Assembly (NCBI GenBank): GCA_964569845.1
Contig: CAZMUQ010000004.1
Span: 1 to 61,270 of the forward strand
Direction: 5' to 3'
From: an uncultured Candidatus Bathyarchaeia archaeon
Lineage (GTDB): Archaea; Thermoproteota; Bathyarchaeia; Hecatellales; Hecatellaceae
DNA length: 61,270 bases
Below are positions 30,294-40,972 of this stretch, piece by piece. Within the stretch, counting starts at the first letter, position 1. Each line of letters opens with the position of its first letter. The notes below the pieces were generated by a model. That model saw nothing but the letters and a program-made list of their open reading frames with translations, ran no database searches and was not told the origin of the DNA. Made by a program: the position numbers and the translations under genes.

Positions 30294-31508
30294 ATGTCAT
30301 TTGAAAGTGTTAAAGATATTCTTAAGGCACACGAAGGACTTAAGAAGGAGGTTTATCTTGACTTAGAGAATTCTAGCCCTGTCTTTCCAGAGGTTGTTGA
30401 AGAAATGCTACCATATTTCAGTTTAAAAAGTTATGGTAATCCTACTATTACCCATAAGTATGGTTGGGAAGCTTATGAAGTAATCATGGAAACTTCTAAG
30501 CTTATTTCAAGCTTTATAGGCGCATCATCCCCTGAAGAAATTAACTTTATGAATAGCGAGGTTGAAGCAAATAATGTTGCACTAATAGGTGGAGTTTTGG
30601 CTAATAAAGGAAAGGGAAAAAAGGTTATCATATCTAATAGTGAGCCAGTAACCATAGACCTTATTGCTCAAATGTTAAGTGAAAAAGGATTTCAGGTAGT
30701 TAAGATTCCGGTTGATAGGGAAGGTTTTGTACAACAGGATAAGCTATTAAAAAGTGTAGATAGGGACACTATTCTTATAAGTATTGCAATGGTAAACCCT
30801 GAAATTGGGACAATCCAACCCTTAAAAAGTATAGTTGAAGCTGTTAAAGATAAAAATCCAAACTTAATTTTCCATACAGATGCTTCAGATGCTTATGGCA
30901 AAGTAGATTTTAATGTTAAAAATTTAGGAATAGACTTAGCAACTATAAGTAGTTATAAAATTCAAGGTCCAAGAGGCGTAGGAGTCTTGTATGTTAGAGA
31001 AGGTGTTAAAGTTAAACGCTTAATTGAAGGCCCCCTTGGAACACAGCAGCTTTGGCCTGGTATTGAAAATACTCCAATGATTGTTGGCTTTAGGAAGGCT
31101 TCAGAAATATGTTTTAAAAATTTTAGAGAGGATATTTGGCAAATGAAGTATTTAAGAGATAAGCTTATTAAAGGTATACTTGAAGAAGTTGAAGATACCA
31201 TCTTAAATGGTCCTTACGGAGATAAAAGAGCGCCGGATAATGTTAATATCAGCTTTTTACATTGTGAAGGTGAATCATTAACGATAGAGTTAAGTTTAAG
31301 AGGGGTATATGTTTCTAGCGGAAGTGCATGTACAAGAAGAATGCTCCAACCAAGCCACATACTTATTGCTATAGGGAGAAAATTTGAAGAAGCTCACGGA
31401 AGCATTCTAATGAAGATTAGCAGGAGACATACCGAGGAAGACATAGATTACGTACTAACTCAGCTACCAGAAGCAGTTAAAAGGTTAAGGTCAATAAGCC
31501 CGGTATAA
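30294..31508 (+). CDS. IscS/NifS-like protein (group I) with atypical PLP-site residues
   Basis: YLD..NSSP, YGNP, EIGTIQP, SSYKIQGPRG, SSGSAC; SEPV in place of EHxxV. Confidence 0.85.
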   Translation: MSFESVKDILKAHEGLKKEVYLDLENSSPVFPEVVEEMLPYFSLKSYGNPTITHKYGWEAYEVIMETSKLISSFIGASSPEEINFMNSEVEANNVALIGGVLANKGKGKKVIISNSEPVTIDLIAQMLSEKGFQVVKIPVDREGFVQQDKLLKSVDRDTILISIAMVNPEIGTIQPLKSIVEAVKDKNPNLIFHTDASDAYGKVDFNVKNLGIDLATISSYKIQGPRGVGVLYVREGVKVKRLIEGPLGTQQLWPGIENTPMIVGFRKASEICFKNFREDIWQMKYLRDKLIKGILEEVEDTILNGPYGDKRAPDNVNISFLHCEGESLTIELSLRGVYVSSGSACTRRMLQPSHILIAIGRKFEEAHGSILMKISRRHTEEDIDYVLTQLPEAVKRLRSISPV

Positions 31509-31529
31509 AGAAGGGGGTTTTATAAAAAA

Positions 31530-32021
31530 TTGTCCAGAGTACCATTACCATATAACCCTAAAATACTTGAGCTATTTAGAAACCCCAAAAATGCAGGTAA
31601 AATGGATGATGCAACAGTATCCGCTACTGCAGGTAGCCCTACATGTGGAGATATGATAACAATCTACCTGAAGATAGATGAAGAAAAGAACGTTGTAGAG
31701 CAAGCATCATTTGAAAGTTACGGTTGTGCAGCTAACATTGCAACAGCAAGTATACTTACAGAAATGATTAAAGGTAAAAGTCTAGCTGATGCATGGAAAA
31801 TAGGCTGGAAAGATGTTATTAAAGAGGTTGGAGGCTTACCATCAGTAAAATTTCACTGTGGAATATTGGCTGCTGGTGCCTTAAAAAGAGCTATAAGACA
31901 GTACTATGATAAAAAGGGTTTTACGCCTGAATGGCTTCCCAAAAATTTAACTACAGAAGAAAAACATGCATTAGAGGAAGAAGAATTAGCCAAAATTCTC
32001 TCGAAAAAGATGGAAACCTAA
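31530..32021 (+). CDS. iscU: IscU/NifU-N Fe-S scaffold
   Basis: FRNPKNAG, PTCGD, YGCAA, KFHC. Confidence 0.92.
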   Translation: MSRVPLPYNPKILELFRNPKNAGKMDDATVSATAGSPTCGDMITIYLKIDEEKNVVEQASFESYGCAANIATASILTEMIKGKSLADAWKIGWKDVIKEVGGLPSVKFHCGILAAGALKRAIRQYYDKKGFTPEWLPKNLTTEEKHALEEEELAKILSKKMET

Positions 32022-32034
32022 AGGTGTTCCGTAT

Positions 32035-32304
32035 TTGCGTGAAAAATTTAAAGATTATGTTAAAAGTATTGAAGTAGCATGCGGAACTACAGGAGAATAT
32101 GTTACTTTACTCAAATATGACAAACAAAAAGAGGCGGTTGAAAAAATAATCAGTAAAGGTAAAGTTATCAGCAATATTTCAGGTGTACTGGTAAAAGTTA
32201 ACTATAAGGACAAAGAGCTCAGTATTAGCGGTGGAAAAATTCTAATTAAAAGTGCCCAAAGTATAGAGGAAGTTAAAAATCTGCTAAATGAGCTTTTAGA
32301 TTAA
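32035..32304 (+). CDS. Small hypothetical protein at the end of the suf/isc operon
   Basis: 89 aa, 13 nt after iscU; one Cys (ACGT). Confidence 0.6.
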   Translation: MREKFKDYVKSIEVACGTTGEYVTLLKYDKQKEAVEKIISKGKVISNISGVLVKVNYKDKELSISGGKILIKSAQSIEEVKNLLNELLD

Positions 32305-32308
32305 GATA

Positions 32309-33247
32309 TTACGTGTGCTGCATATTTTTTAAGATAGATTTTATCTCAATAATTCTTCTGCAACTTCCACAAATTTTGGTTGAAGCAGGAAAACCGCAAA
32401 TTTCACATGTAGTAAAAACTTTCTCCTTTTCTTTCTCCTCTAAAATTGGAATTAGCTTCTTTAGAAAAACTGAAAGAAGCTGATACTTAAAACTTGGATT
32501 TTCTTTTGAAAAAATTTCTAAAAGTTTTTTCCTTTTTAAAAGCCTTGAGCCAACAACATGAGGGCACTCTACCTCCCTAACAGGGAGGTTATTAAATAAA
32601 GCATACAAAGCTATTTCACTTTCTGGTATCCTAAAAAGAGGCTTAACCTTTTTTACAAGTTTTGGATGGAAAGGTAAGATAACTGGTTTTAACTTAATAA
32701 GTTGTTCAAAGTTTCCAGCTAAAAAATTTGAAAACATAATTTCAACTAAATCATCTAGATTATGGCCTGTTGCTAAAACATCTACACCGATTTTTTCCGC
32801 TACTTCATTAAAAACTTGTCTTTTTATTATCCCACAAACTGAGCATAACTTTCTTTTATACCTAGTTTTTTTAAAATCATCTATGCTAAAACTTTTCTCC
32901 TTCCTTAAATCATAAACAAAAAGGTCTAAATCAAGCATTTTTGTTATTTCCTCAGCTTTTTTTAAGCAATTTTCAGAATAATTTTCTATTCCAAGGTTTA
33001 TATGGAAAGGTATAAAATCAACATCTGGAAATGCTTTTTTTAAGGTATAAAGCAAAACTGCACTATCTTTTCCACCTGAAATAGCCACACCAACCCTATC
33101 ATCTAAATTAAACATTTTATACTTTTCAATAGTCTCTTTTACCCTTTTTAAAAGAAAAGCATTAAAACATTTCTTACAATAATAAAGCTTTGCATAAGGA
33201 ATCCATACAGATGCTTCCTCAACTAAACATTTATAGCATTTAACCAT
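32309..33247 (-). CDS. TtuA/Ncs6-like tRNA 2-thiolation protein (TtcA/Ctu1 family)
   Basis: N-terminal CYKC...CKKC, SGGKDS PP-loop, CSVC, TGHNLDD, ECP, C-terminal CEIC..C..C. Confidence 0.88.
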   Translation of the reverse strand: MVKCYKCLVEEASVWIPYAKLYYCKKCFNAFLLKRVKETIEKYKMFNLDDRVGVAISGGKDSAVLLYTLKKAFPDVDFIPFHINLGIENYSENCLKKAEEITKMLDLDLFVYDLRKEKSFSIDDFKKTRYKRKLCSVCGIIKRQVFNEVAEKIGVDVLATGHNLDDLVEIMFSNFLAGNFEQLIKLKPVILPFHPKLVKKVKPLFRIPESEIALYALFNNLPVREVECPHVVGSRLLKRKKLLEIFSKENPSFKYQLLSVFLKKLIPILEEKEKEKVFTTCEICGFPASTKICGSCRRIIEIKSILKNMQHT

Positions 33248-33287
33248 TAAGCATCCCCGGATATTGATGAGATCGGAAATTTTCTAA

Positions 33288-33512
33288 TTAAAATTGTATA
33301 TCTTTTGATGAAAGGTAAGCTTTTGCACAATGCTCACAGCAAAAAGCTAATTCTTTATCATCAACTTTAACTTTTACTGGTTTTTCAAATATTGTTTTAC
33401 CGCATGATTCACATTTCAATATTTTCTCGCCTCCTTTAAATTTTAATCTTTTCCTTATTTGAGTATAAGCTATAAGCCCTAACAAGATTAAAAAGCTTAA
33501 ATCTTCAATCAT
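33288..33512 (-). CDS. Small membrane-anchored TRASH/YHS-like metal-binding protein
   Basis: One TM then CESCG...FCCEHC; ATGA overlap with the permease stop. Confidence 0.6.
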   Translation of the reverse strand: MIEDLSFLILLGLIAYTQIRKRLKFKGGEKILKCESCGKTIFEKPVKVKVDDKELAFCCEHCAKAYLSSKDIQF

Positions 33513-34456
33513 ATCCAACCAACCAAGCAAAAACCATATGCAATAAAAACTGTGAAAAAGATTATTGAGGAAACATAAAGTATTGCTGTTCTTTTGCCCA
33601 TAACTTTCCCGATTACTAAGATTGTTGAAAGATTTGTTGCTGGACCTGCCACAAGAAAAACTAGTCCTGCAGCAAGATGCATACCTTTAGCCGCCATTGC
33701 TGCAACAAATGGAACAGAAGCCGTGGAGCAAATATACATGGGTGTTCCGATTAAAACCATTATAAAGAGTGGAAGAAGACCTTTACCAAGATAATTCTCA
33801 ATAATTGTTTCAGGTATAAGAGAAGCAACAATTCCAGCTGTAAGTAAACCAATTAAAATGTAAACTCCAACATCATCAACCATTTCAATGAATCCGTAAT
33901 GAAACATTTCCCTAAATTTTTCTTTCAAGCTTGAATTTCCCGGATTTTTTGAATTCTCACATAAAGCACACTTATTGCTAACCTCAGCTATTCTAAAGTT
34001 TACCTTACCAGTTTTTTTAACTTCCCCTTTTTCTAGAAGAAACAGTGCAAGCATCCCCGTTAAGAAAGCCACACCAAAACATGTTACTATTTCTGCAATA
34101 GTAAACTTCCAACCAAGCATACCTACAGAAATCATTATGGTTGTAACCGTTGTTGCAGGTGTAGATATAAAAAAAGCTAAAGTTGATGCTTTAGATACAC
34201 CTTGACGGTAAAGCCCAATACCTGTGGGAATAACACCGCAAGAACATAAAGGTAGAGGTATACCCAGTAAAGTTGCCATGAAAATAGATCTAAAACTACC
34301 TTTCCCGAGATATTTATAAAGAAAATCTGAGGGGATGAAAACTTTAAGAAAACCTGCAAAGAGAAAACCTAAAATAAGCCAAAATGAAGCTTCCCTACCA
34401 TAATTAAGGGTGTTAACTATTATTTCGGCTAAAATTTTAGTAAAATCATTTAACAT
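33509..34456 (-). CDS. DUF318/SO_0444-type permease (putative metal efflux)
   Basis: PLPLCSCGVIP, AFFISTP, GTPMYICSTASVP, FLVAGPATN. Confidence 0.88.
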   Translation of the reverse strand: MLNDFTKILAEIIVNTLNYGREASFWLILGFLFAGFLKVFIPSDFLYKYLGKGSFRSIFMATLLGIPLPLCSCGVIPTGIGLYRQGVSKASTLAFFISTPATTVTTIMISVGMLGWKFTIAEIVTCFGVAFLTGMLALFLLEKGEVKKTGKVNFRIAEVSNKCALCENSKNPGNSSLKEKFREMFHYGFIEMVDDVGVYILIGLLTAGIVASLIPETIIENYLGKGLLPLFIMVLIGTPMYICSTASVPFVAAMAAKGMHLAAGLVFLVAGPATNLSTILVIGKVMGKRTAILYVSSIIFFTVFIAYGFCLVGWI

Positions 34457-34491
34457 TTAAATTAAACCTCCAAAAATAGAGTCAAATACAC

Positions 34492-35322
34492 CTAACTTTT
34501 AGTTTCCCACCCTTTAAACTGATAATCAAAACTCCCCGACCTATAACCTTCCAAGTCTAACGTTATAAATTTAAAGCCAAGCCTCCTTAATTTGCTGATA
34601 ACATCATCCACGGATTTTTCGTTACTTAAAAACACTTTATAATCCTTTTTTTCAATTTCTATTCGTGCTAGCTCACCATGATCCCTAACTCTAACAACAT
34701 TTAACCCTAATTTAGCTTTAATGTAGGATTCAGCTTTATCAACACGTTTTAACTTATCTAAGCTTAATTTAATCCAATATGGAAACCTTGATGCTAAACA
34801 TGCACTTGAAGGTTTATTGTAAACTGATAACCTAAGATTTTTTGCAAGTCTTCTAATCAACATTTTTCCTAAACCATGCTCTAAAAATGGGCTATAAATG
34901 TTCTCCTCCTTTAAAGCCAGAAGCCCAGGCCTATATTCACCTGCATCATCAAGGTTTGTTCCATCCATAACGACATTAAAATTCTTTTTTATTGCTATCT
35001 TTTTGAGCACTTTAAAACGAAACTTTTTACAGATATAGCAACGGTTTGGCGGGTTTTTAACAAAATCTTTTAACCTAAGCTCATTTAATTTAACTACCAA
35101 ATGCCTTATACCTATTTCTTTTGCAACTCTTTTTGCATTTGTAATCTCCCCATACGGAAGAAGTGGTGAATTAATGGTTACAGCTAAGGCTCTATTTTTT
35201 AATGCTTTATAAGCTAATGCAGCAGCAACAGAAGAATCGACACCACCAGAAAAAGCTACAATAACACTCCCCTTTTTCTTAATTTCTTCAGTAAGAGAAT
35301 TCACCAATTTCTTAATGCTCAT
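34492..35322 (-). CDS. larE: LarE-like ATP-dependent sulfur insertase
   Basis: AFSGGVDS, NRCYICK, DGTNLDD, RPG, KPSSACLASR, VRVRDHG, LDLEGYRSGS. Confidence 0.9.
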   Translation of the reverse strand: MSIKKLVNSLTEEIKKKGSVIVAFSGGVDSSVAAALAYKALKNRALAVTINSPLLPYGEITNAKRVAKEIGIRHLVVKLNELRLKDFVKNPPNRCYICKKFRFKVLKKIAIKKNFNVVMDGTNLDDAGEYRPGLLALKEENIYSPFLEHGLGKMLIRRLAKNLRLSVYNKPSSACLASRFPYWIKLSLDKLKRVDKAESYIKAKLGLNVVRVRDHGELARIEIEKKDYKVFLSNEKSVDDVISKLRRLGFKFITLDLEGYRSGSFDYQFKGWETKS

Positions 35323-35719
35323 TTATGCTTTATTCCCCTAGCTTTTTTAAGTTCATTAAGTAAAAGAAGAAAGAAATCTATCCTTAGTGAATTAATGTTT
35401 TCTTCAGCACTTTGCCACAAATCTTTAAAAAATTTTCTTGGATAACCTATGCTTTCATAATCTAAAAAACTATCAGCAGCTTTAACGATTTTTGCTTCAA
35501 TACTTTCTTTTTTAAGGTCCTTAAACATTTGTTGATAACTTAACCTTAGCTTGTGTAAAGGCAAATCATTAAGCATAAATCTTTACGCCTCACTTATAAT
35601 TCTTTCCTTCAACTTTTTTCCATTACTAATAAGTCATGCAGTATAGACATTTTTATAGCCTTTTCACCATCAAAAATTAGGAGCCTACCTACTAATGGTT
35701 CTCCTATACCAGTTATAGG
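35319..35719 (-). pseudogene. Degraded HD-domain (YfbR/HDDC2-like) gene remnant
   Basis: Fragments DGEKAIKMSILHDL* and, after a frameshift and TAA stop, EAKIVKAADS match the conserved HD and later D motifs. Confidence 0.45.
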
Positions 35720-35736
35720 TTAAAAAACCAATCCTT

Positions 35737-36876
35737 TTAAGGAATTTTACATTTAAAAACTTTTGTTGGAAGATTTCCATGCATAACAGTTTTTTCTTCA
35801 ACATCTTGAACATTAAGTTCTTTTAAAACACTTTCAAACTCAACCCATGCATTAGTAATCAAGGTTAACGTTGTATTTTCTGAAATTTCTTTTACAGAGA
35901 ATAGGAAATCCTTGTAAAGTTTTTCTATAGCTCTCCTTCTTAGGCTTCTTACACCGTAGGGAGGATTAACTATGACATGTTCAGGGTTAAAATTAACATA
36001 CTTTTTTAGTTTTCTAGCATCACCAAGAATAAAAACTATATCATCATAAACACCAGCAGATTTAGCATTCATTACTGCTCCATTTAAATGTTTAGAAGAA
36101 ATGTCAATACCATAAACCTTTAAATTTTCAACCTTCTTCTTCCTAAACTTCTCACATATTTTTTCATATTCTTCTTTATCAAAAAATTTTAACTTAAAAA
36201 ATGCAAAATCATGTTTAAAGCTATTTAGGGGCTTTTGCTTAGCCATTAAAGCAGCTTCTATAGGTATTGTTCCGCCACCACACATAGGATCTAAAAGAGC
36301 TTGATTAAATTTCCAACCACTATACCTTATAAGGCAACATGCCAAACTTGTTTTTAATGCTGCTGGATGACTATAAACCCTATAACCACGTCTATGTAAA
36401 GATTCCCCTGTTGTATTCAAACCTAAGATAAATTTTGAATTTTTAACAAGAGCATAAAACTCTACATCAGGATTTTTAAGGTTAACTTTTAACCTTACAT
36501 TGTATGCTTCTAAAAAGCTTTCTATAATTGCTTTACCCACAATAGCTGCAACATCAAGGCTTGTAAAAGTATGAAAACCATGCCTTTCAGCTCTAACAGC
36601 AAAAGATTGGTTTGGATTTATAATCCAACCGTAGTCGATTCTTCTAGTTTCACGATAGATGTCATCCAAATTTTTAAACTTTAAAATTCCTAAAACAAGG
36701 AAAACTTTATGGAGACACCTACCATTAAGGTTTAATACATAAATAGCATTAAGATTTGAGCTAAAGAAAACTTTTCCAACATCAGGTTCAACTTTAACAC
36801 CTAAAATCTCCTCAATTTCTCCTGCAGCAATATCTTCAAAACCTGTTATAGTTGTAGCCATAAAGTTAAAATTCAT
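35737..36876 (-). CDS. trm14: THUMP-domain tRNA m2G6 methyltransferase (Trm14-like)
   Basis: TTITGFEDIA, SFAVRAER.G.H, NTTGESLHRRGYR, HPAALK, DPMCGGGTI, NPPYG. Confidence 0.88.
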   Translation of the reverse strand: MNFNFMATTITGFEDIAAGEIEEILGVKVEPDVGKVFFSSNLNAIYVLNLNGRCLHKVFLVLGILKFKNLDDIYRETRRIDYGWIINPNQSFAVRAERHGFHTFTSLDVAAIVGKAIIESFLEAYNVRLKVNLKNPDVEFYALVKNSKFILGLNTTGESLHRRGYRVYSHPAALKTSLACCLIRYSGWKFNQALLDPMCGGGTIPIEAALMAKQKPLNSFKHDFAFFKLKFFDKEEYEKICEKFRKKKVENLKVYGIDISSKHLNGAVMNAKSAGVYDDIVFILGDARKLKKYVNFNPEHVIVNPPYGVRSLRRRAIEKLYKDFLFSVKEISENTTLTLITNAWVEFESVLKELNVQDVEEKTVMHGNLPTKVFKCKIP

Positions 36877-36985
36877 GGAAAAAACCTCTGCAAGGCTAAA
36901 CTTTAGATTTAAAGGTAAATGTTAAATTTAATGTTCACCCAATTAGAATATAACAATAAAAGATAAGGATTTTATGGTAGGTTTT

Positions 36986-37516
36986 ATGCGTTGTGAAGTT
37001 TGCGGAAAACCAATTCAGGGGAAACCTTACAGAATAATAATTGAGGGTGCAAAACTTACAGTATGTGAAGAATGCTCAGGATACGGCTCGCCGATAACAT
37101 GGGAAAAACCAGTCAAAAAAATTGAAACTAAACTTCAAACTAGAAGAATTAGCGGAACTCAAACAGATTTTGATGAAGATTTTATGCTAGTTGAGGATTA
37201 TGGTTTAAAGATTAAAAATGCAAGAGAAAAACTTGGTTGGTCTCAGGAAGAATTAGCATCAAAAATGAATGAAAAAGCATCATTTATAAGTAAAATTGAA
37301 ACTGGCAAGGTTATTCCAAGTTTAGCTACTGTTAGAAGGTTGGAGCATGTGCTTAAAATTAAGCTTACTACCAAGGCTCCTAAACCTTTAAAGTTTGAAG
37401 AGTTTAAGCCTAGATTCGATGAAAGGCTAACAATAGGCGATATAATTTCAACCTCTCTTACACGAGGTAAAGGTAAAAAAGGTGGGGAAACTGAAAGTAG
37501 TTCTAGTGGAACGTAG
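36986..37516 (+). CDS. Multiprotein bridging factor aMBF1
   Basis: CEVCG...CEEC Zn ribbon plus HTH (IKNAREKLGWSQEELA), TIGD tail. Confidence 0.92.
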   Translation: MRCEVCGKPIQGKPYRIIIEGAKLTVCEECSGYGSPITWEKPVKKIETKLQTRRISGTQTDFDEDFMLVEDYGLKIKNAREKLGWSQEELASKMNEKASFISKIETGKVIPSLATVRRLEHVLKIKLTTKAPKPLKFEEFKPRFDERLTIGDIISTSLTRGKGKKGGETESSSSGT

Positions 37517-38759
37517 ACTTCCTGGTGAAAAAAGTCTTTTACATGAACTTAAAATTCTAGCTGAAACTGTTGGATACGAGGTTGTTGGATATTTAAGTCA
37601 GGTTAGGTATCCAAGTTCAAAGTATCAGATTGGCAGTGGTAAGGTTGAAGACCTTGCAAAAATTGTTAAGGAAACAGGTGCCGAAAGGGTAATATTTGAG
37701 AATGAACTTAAACCTGTTCAAGCCTATAATCTTGCTAAAAAAACTGGTGTTGAGGTTATAGATAAGTTCCAACTTATTCTTGAAGTTTTTAGTAATCATG
37801 CATCAACAAGGGAAGCAAAACTTCAAATAGAGCTTGCAAAACTTAAATATGAGCTTACAAGAGCAAAAGAGAAAGTCAGACTTGCAAAACTTGGCGAACA
37901 GCCAGGATTTCATGGACTTGGAAAATATGAAGCTGATGTTTATTATGAAGCTATAAGAAGAAGAATTTCAAATATTGAAAAAGAGCTTCAAAAAATTAGA
38001 GTTGAAAGAAGAATTAAGCGTGCTTTAAGAGCAGACTTAGGATTTCCAACAGTTTCTCTTTGTGGTTATACTGCTGCTGGAAAAAGTACACTTTTTAATA
38101 CTCTTACTGGTGAGAATGTTAAAATTTCAAATAGTGTTTTTACAACACTTTCAACAAAAATTTCAGCTGTAGATTTTGATGGTAAGAAAGCTTTACTTAT
38201 AGATACCGTAGGGTTTATTGATGGTTTACCTTTAACTTTAATTGAGGCATTTAAATCAACTCTTGAAGAAACAATTTATTCAAATCTTATTATAGTTGTT
38301 GTTGATTGTAGCGAGGATGTTGAAGAAGTTAAAAGAAAAACTAAGTGCTGTTTAGATGTTTTAAAGGAAATTGGTGTTATTGGAACACCGATTGTAACTG
38401 CTTTAAATAAAATAGATCTTGCTAATAGTATAAGGGTTAAAGAAGCTGCAAAAAGTATATCCAGTATAGCTTCAAATATTGTCCCAATAAGTGCACTTAG
38501 AAAGATTAATATCGAAAGTCTTAAAGAAGCTGTTGCTAAAAACTTAAGAAATTTTGTTCAATTATCCTTACAACTACCACTAAATTCTGAATCTCTTTCA
38601 CTCCTCTCAAAAATAAGGAGATTTTCTACAGTAGTTAACCAAGATTTCCATGAAAACATAATACTTGTTGATGTTAAGTCCACAGAACATTTTGCAGATA
38701 AAATTTTAGGTAAAGTTGAAGATCTTGGTGGACGTGTAATTGAGGTTATAAAAGTTTAA
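37482..38759 (+). CDS. hflX: GTPase HflX
   Basis: [35 protein letters not shown]. Confidence 0.95.
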   Translation: MGKLKVVLVERRLPGEKSLLHELKILAETVGYEVVGYLSQVRYPSSKYQIGSGKVEDLAKIVKETGAERVIFENELKPVQAYNLAKKTGVEVIDKFQLILEVFSNHASTREAKLQIELAKLKYELTRAKEKVRLAKLGEQPGFHGLGKYEADVYYEAIRRRISNIEKELQKIRVERRIKRALRADLGFPTVSLCGYTAAGKSTLFNTLTGENVKISNSVFTTLSTKISAVDFDGKKALLIDTVGFIDGLPLTLIEAFKSTLEETIYSNLIIVVVDCSEDVEEVKRKTKCCLDVLKEIGVIGTPIVTALNKIDLANSIRVKEAAKSISSIASNIVPISALRKINIESLKEAVAKNLRNFVQLSLQLPLNSESLSLLSKIRRFSTVVNQDFHENIILVDVKSTEHFADKILGKVEDLGGRVIEVIKV

Positions 38760-39291
38760 TAACTTGTTTACCACGAGGCGTAGGATTAATTTTAAGTTTT
38801 GCATTTTTAAATTCTTTTGTTAACTCTTTACCTTCAAAAAATCTATCAAGAAAAATAGCTAAACTTGCACACTCAGAGTGGGGTTGATTACTAACAGCAA
38901 CATTAAAATCAGAAACATCGTTAGAAAAAAATTCTCTCGGAACTTTTTGACTTCCAATAATTACTAAAATATCTTTACCTGTAGCTTTAATTCTCTCCAT
39001 AACATCACTACAACCAATATTTTCCCCATAAGCGGTAAGATGAACAACAATCCCACCTTCACTTCTCCATTTTTTAACAACCTCTCTCCAAGGTATTCCC
39101 ATTTCGAAAAAGAATGGCCCGCCCCAAATTTTTACAACCTTTTCAACAGTTCTCTTAATAGACTCATCATTAACATCAGACAAAATCATGCCATCAGCAC
39201 CAAGCGCACGAGCAACTAGGGCTACATGTGAAGTTAACCTTTTATCTCTTTCAGGCCTATGACCCCAACGTAAAACTACAACTTTAACCAT
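38746..39291 (-). CDS. trm56: tRNA (cytidine(56)-2'-O)-methyltransferase
   Basis: [40 protein letters not shown]. Confidence 0.95.
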   Translation of the reverse strand: MVKVVVLRWGHRPERDKRLTSHVALVARALGADGMILSDVNDESIKRTVEKVVKIWGGPFFFEMGIPWREVVKKWRSEGGIVVHLTAYGENIGCSDVMERIKATGKDILVIIGSQKVPREFFSNDVSDFNVAVSNQPHSECASLAIFLDRFFEGKELTKEFKNAKLKINPTPRGKQVIKLL

Positions 39292-39341
39292 AACCCACCT
39301 AACTAAACTTAAGGTAAAAATGAAAAATAAAATTAGGGTGT

Positions 39342-39680
39342 TTAAGTTATCTTTAAACCTGGAGGAGCATCTCCTTCGACAGTTACAAGGTAAGGTTTAT
39401 CATTTACTGCTGCTAGTATCATCCCTTGAGATTCTATTCCCCGAATCTTTTTTGGTGCAAGATTTGCAACTACAACAACGTTTTTACCAAGAAAATACTC
39501 TGGCGGATAGTACTCTGCTAAACCTGCAACAATTTGTCTAATTTCACCACCAATATCAACTTCAAGTAAAACTAGTTTTGTTGAATCTTTAACCTTTGAA
39601 GCTTTTAAAACTTTACCAACCCTTAAATCTAGCTTATTAAACTCCTCCATAGTTATGTATTGACTTCCACCTTTACTCAT
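39342..39680 (-). CDS. Stand-alone tRNA-binding OB protein (MetRS-C/Trbp111/CsaA family)
   Basis: [32 protein letters not shown]. Confidence 0.9.
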   Translation of the reverse strand: MSKGGSQYITMEEFNKLDLRVGKVLKASKVKDSTKLVLLEVDIGGEIRQIVAGLAEYYPPEYFLGKNVVVVANLAPKKIRGIESQGMILAAVNDKPYLVTVEGDAPPGLKIT

Positions 39681-39857
39681 CTTCTAACACAAAAAGAAAG
39701 AGTAAGCTCCAACCCTTAAATCTTTCTTAAATAGCTTTAAAATCTAATGGGTAGCTACATTTTAAGCAAAAACCTTTAAATCTTAAATCTTTCCATGAAA
39801 CAAAATATATTACAAGGAAAAAAAAGACTAAAAAACCCGGAAAACAGCCGATGAACA

Positions 39858-40367
39858 TTGAGTAAAAAAGAAGCAATATTACTTGATAAAATTGTGGAGA
39901 AAATTGGTGGCGAGGATGCAGTAAAAATTATTGGTGAGCTTAAAAAAAGAGGAAAAGCTACTGAGGAGGAGCTTGTAAGGTCTACGGGAGTTAAGCTAAC
40001 TGAGGTAAGAAAGATCCTTTTCAGGCTTCATAATTTTTCCATAGTTTCATCAGAAACAGTTCAGGATAAGAATACTGGTTGGATGACGTTTTATTGGGTT
40101 CTTCAAAAAGACCAGCTTAAAAGTTTAGTAAGAACTCAGAAAAGAAGAATACTTGAAAAACTTAAGGCTAGACTTGAATTTGAAAAAACCCATGATTTCT
40201 TTTACTGTGAAAGTGGCCATGGAAGATTTACTTTTGAAGAAGCTATGGAAAATATTTTTAGATGCCCAACCTGTTCAACTCCTCTAAAACATTTTGATAA
40301 TTCAAAGATTGTGGAAGTTTTAGAGAAAAAGGTTAAAGAATTAGAGGAAGAAATAGAGCATGAGTAA
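39858..40367 (+). CDS. tfe: Transcription factor E alpha subunit
   Basis: wHTH (VRKIL..L, GW..FYW) and Zn ribbon (C..GH.RFTFEEAME..FRCPTC). Confidence 0.93.
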   Translation: MSKKEAILLDKIVEKIGGEDAVKIIGELKKRGKATEEELVRSTGVKLTEVRKILFRLHNFSIVSSETVQDKNTGWMTFYWVLQKDQLKSLVRTQKRRILEKLKARLEFEKTHDFFYCESGHGRFTFEEAMENIFRCPTCSTPLKHFDNSKIVEVLEKKVKELEEEIEHE

Positions 40368-40896
40368 TTTACCATCCAGAGTTGAAGCTGAAAAAATCCT
40401 CAAAAATATAGGTTGCCCAAAAAGTCTTATAAAACATTCAAAATTTGTTGCGGATTTAGCTGTAGAGATAGCTAAGAAGATCTTAGAGAGGGGTTTGATA
40501 GATGTTGATGTAAATCTTGTTGAAGTTGGGGCAATTTTACATGATATTGGAAGAATTAAAACACACTCAATTTTACATGGCTATATTGGAGGAGAAATTG
40601 CTAGGAAACTTAACCTTCCTAGCTCTGTGGTAAATATTATAGAGAGACATGTAGGTGCAGGCATACCTAAAGAGGAGGCTGTAAAGTACGGTTTACCTAG
40701 AAAAAGTTTTCTTCTAGAAACTATTGAAGAGAAAATTGTTGCTTATGCTGATAAGAGGGTTAAACGTAGCATGGTTATAGATTTTAATGATTGTGTTAGA
40801 GAGTTTGAAAGAAAATTGGGGAAAAATCATCCCGCAATTAAGAGGTTAAAAAATCTTCATAGGGATATAGTTGATGCTCTAGGTTACGAATTTTAA
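40360..40896 (+). CDS. HDIG-domain phosphohydrolase (TIGR00295-like)
   Basis: H, LHDIGR..TH...HG..G, ERHVGAGI, EEKIVAYADK. Confidence 0.85.
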   Translation: MSNLPSRVEAEKILKNIGCPKSLIKHSKFVADLAVEIAKKILERGLIDVDVNLVEVGAILHDIGRIKTHSILHGYIGGEIARKLNLPSSVVNIIERHVGAGIPKEEAVKYGLPRKSFLLETIEEKIVAYADKRVKRSMVIDFNDCVREFERKLGKNHPAIKRLKNLHRDIVDALGYEF

Positions 40897-40972
40897 ATTT
40901 AAATTTTATTAACATTCAATAATTATTTGGTTTAATATAAAAATTAACCTTTTCTTTAGGTGAATTAAAACC

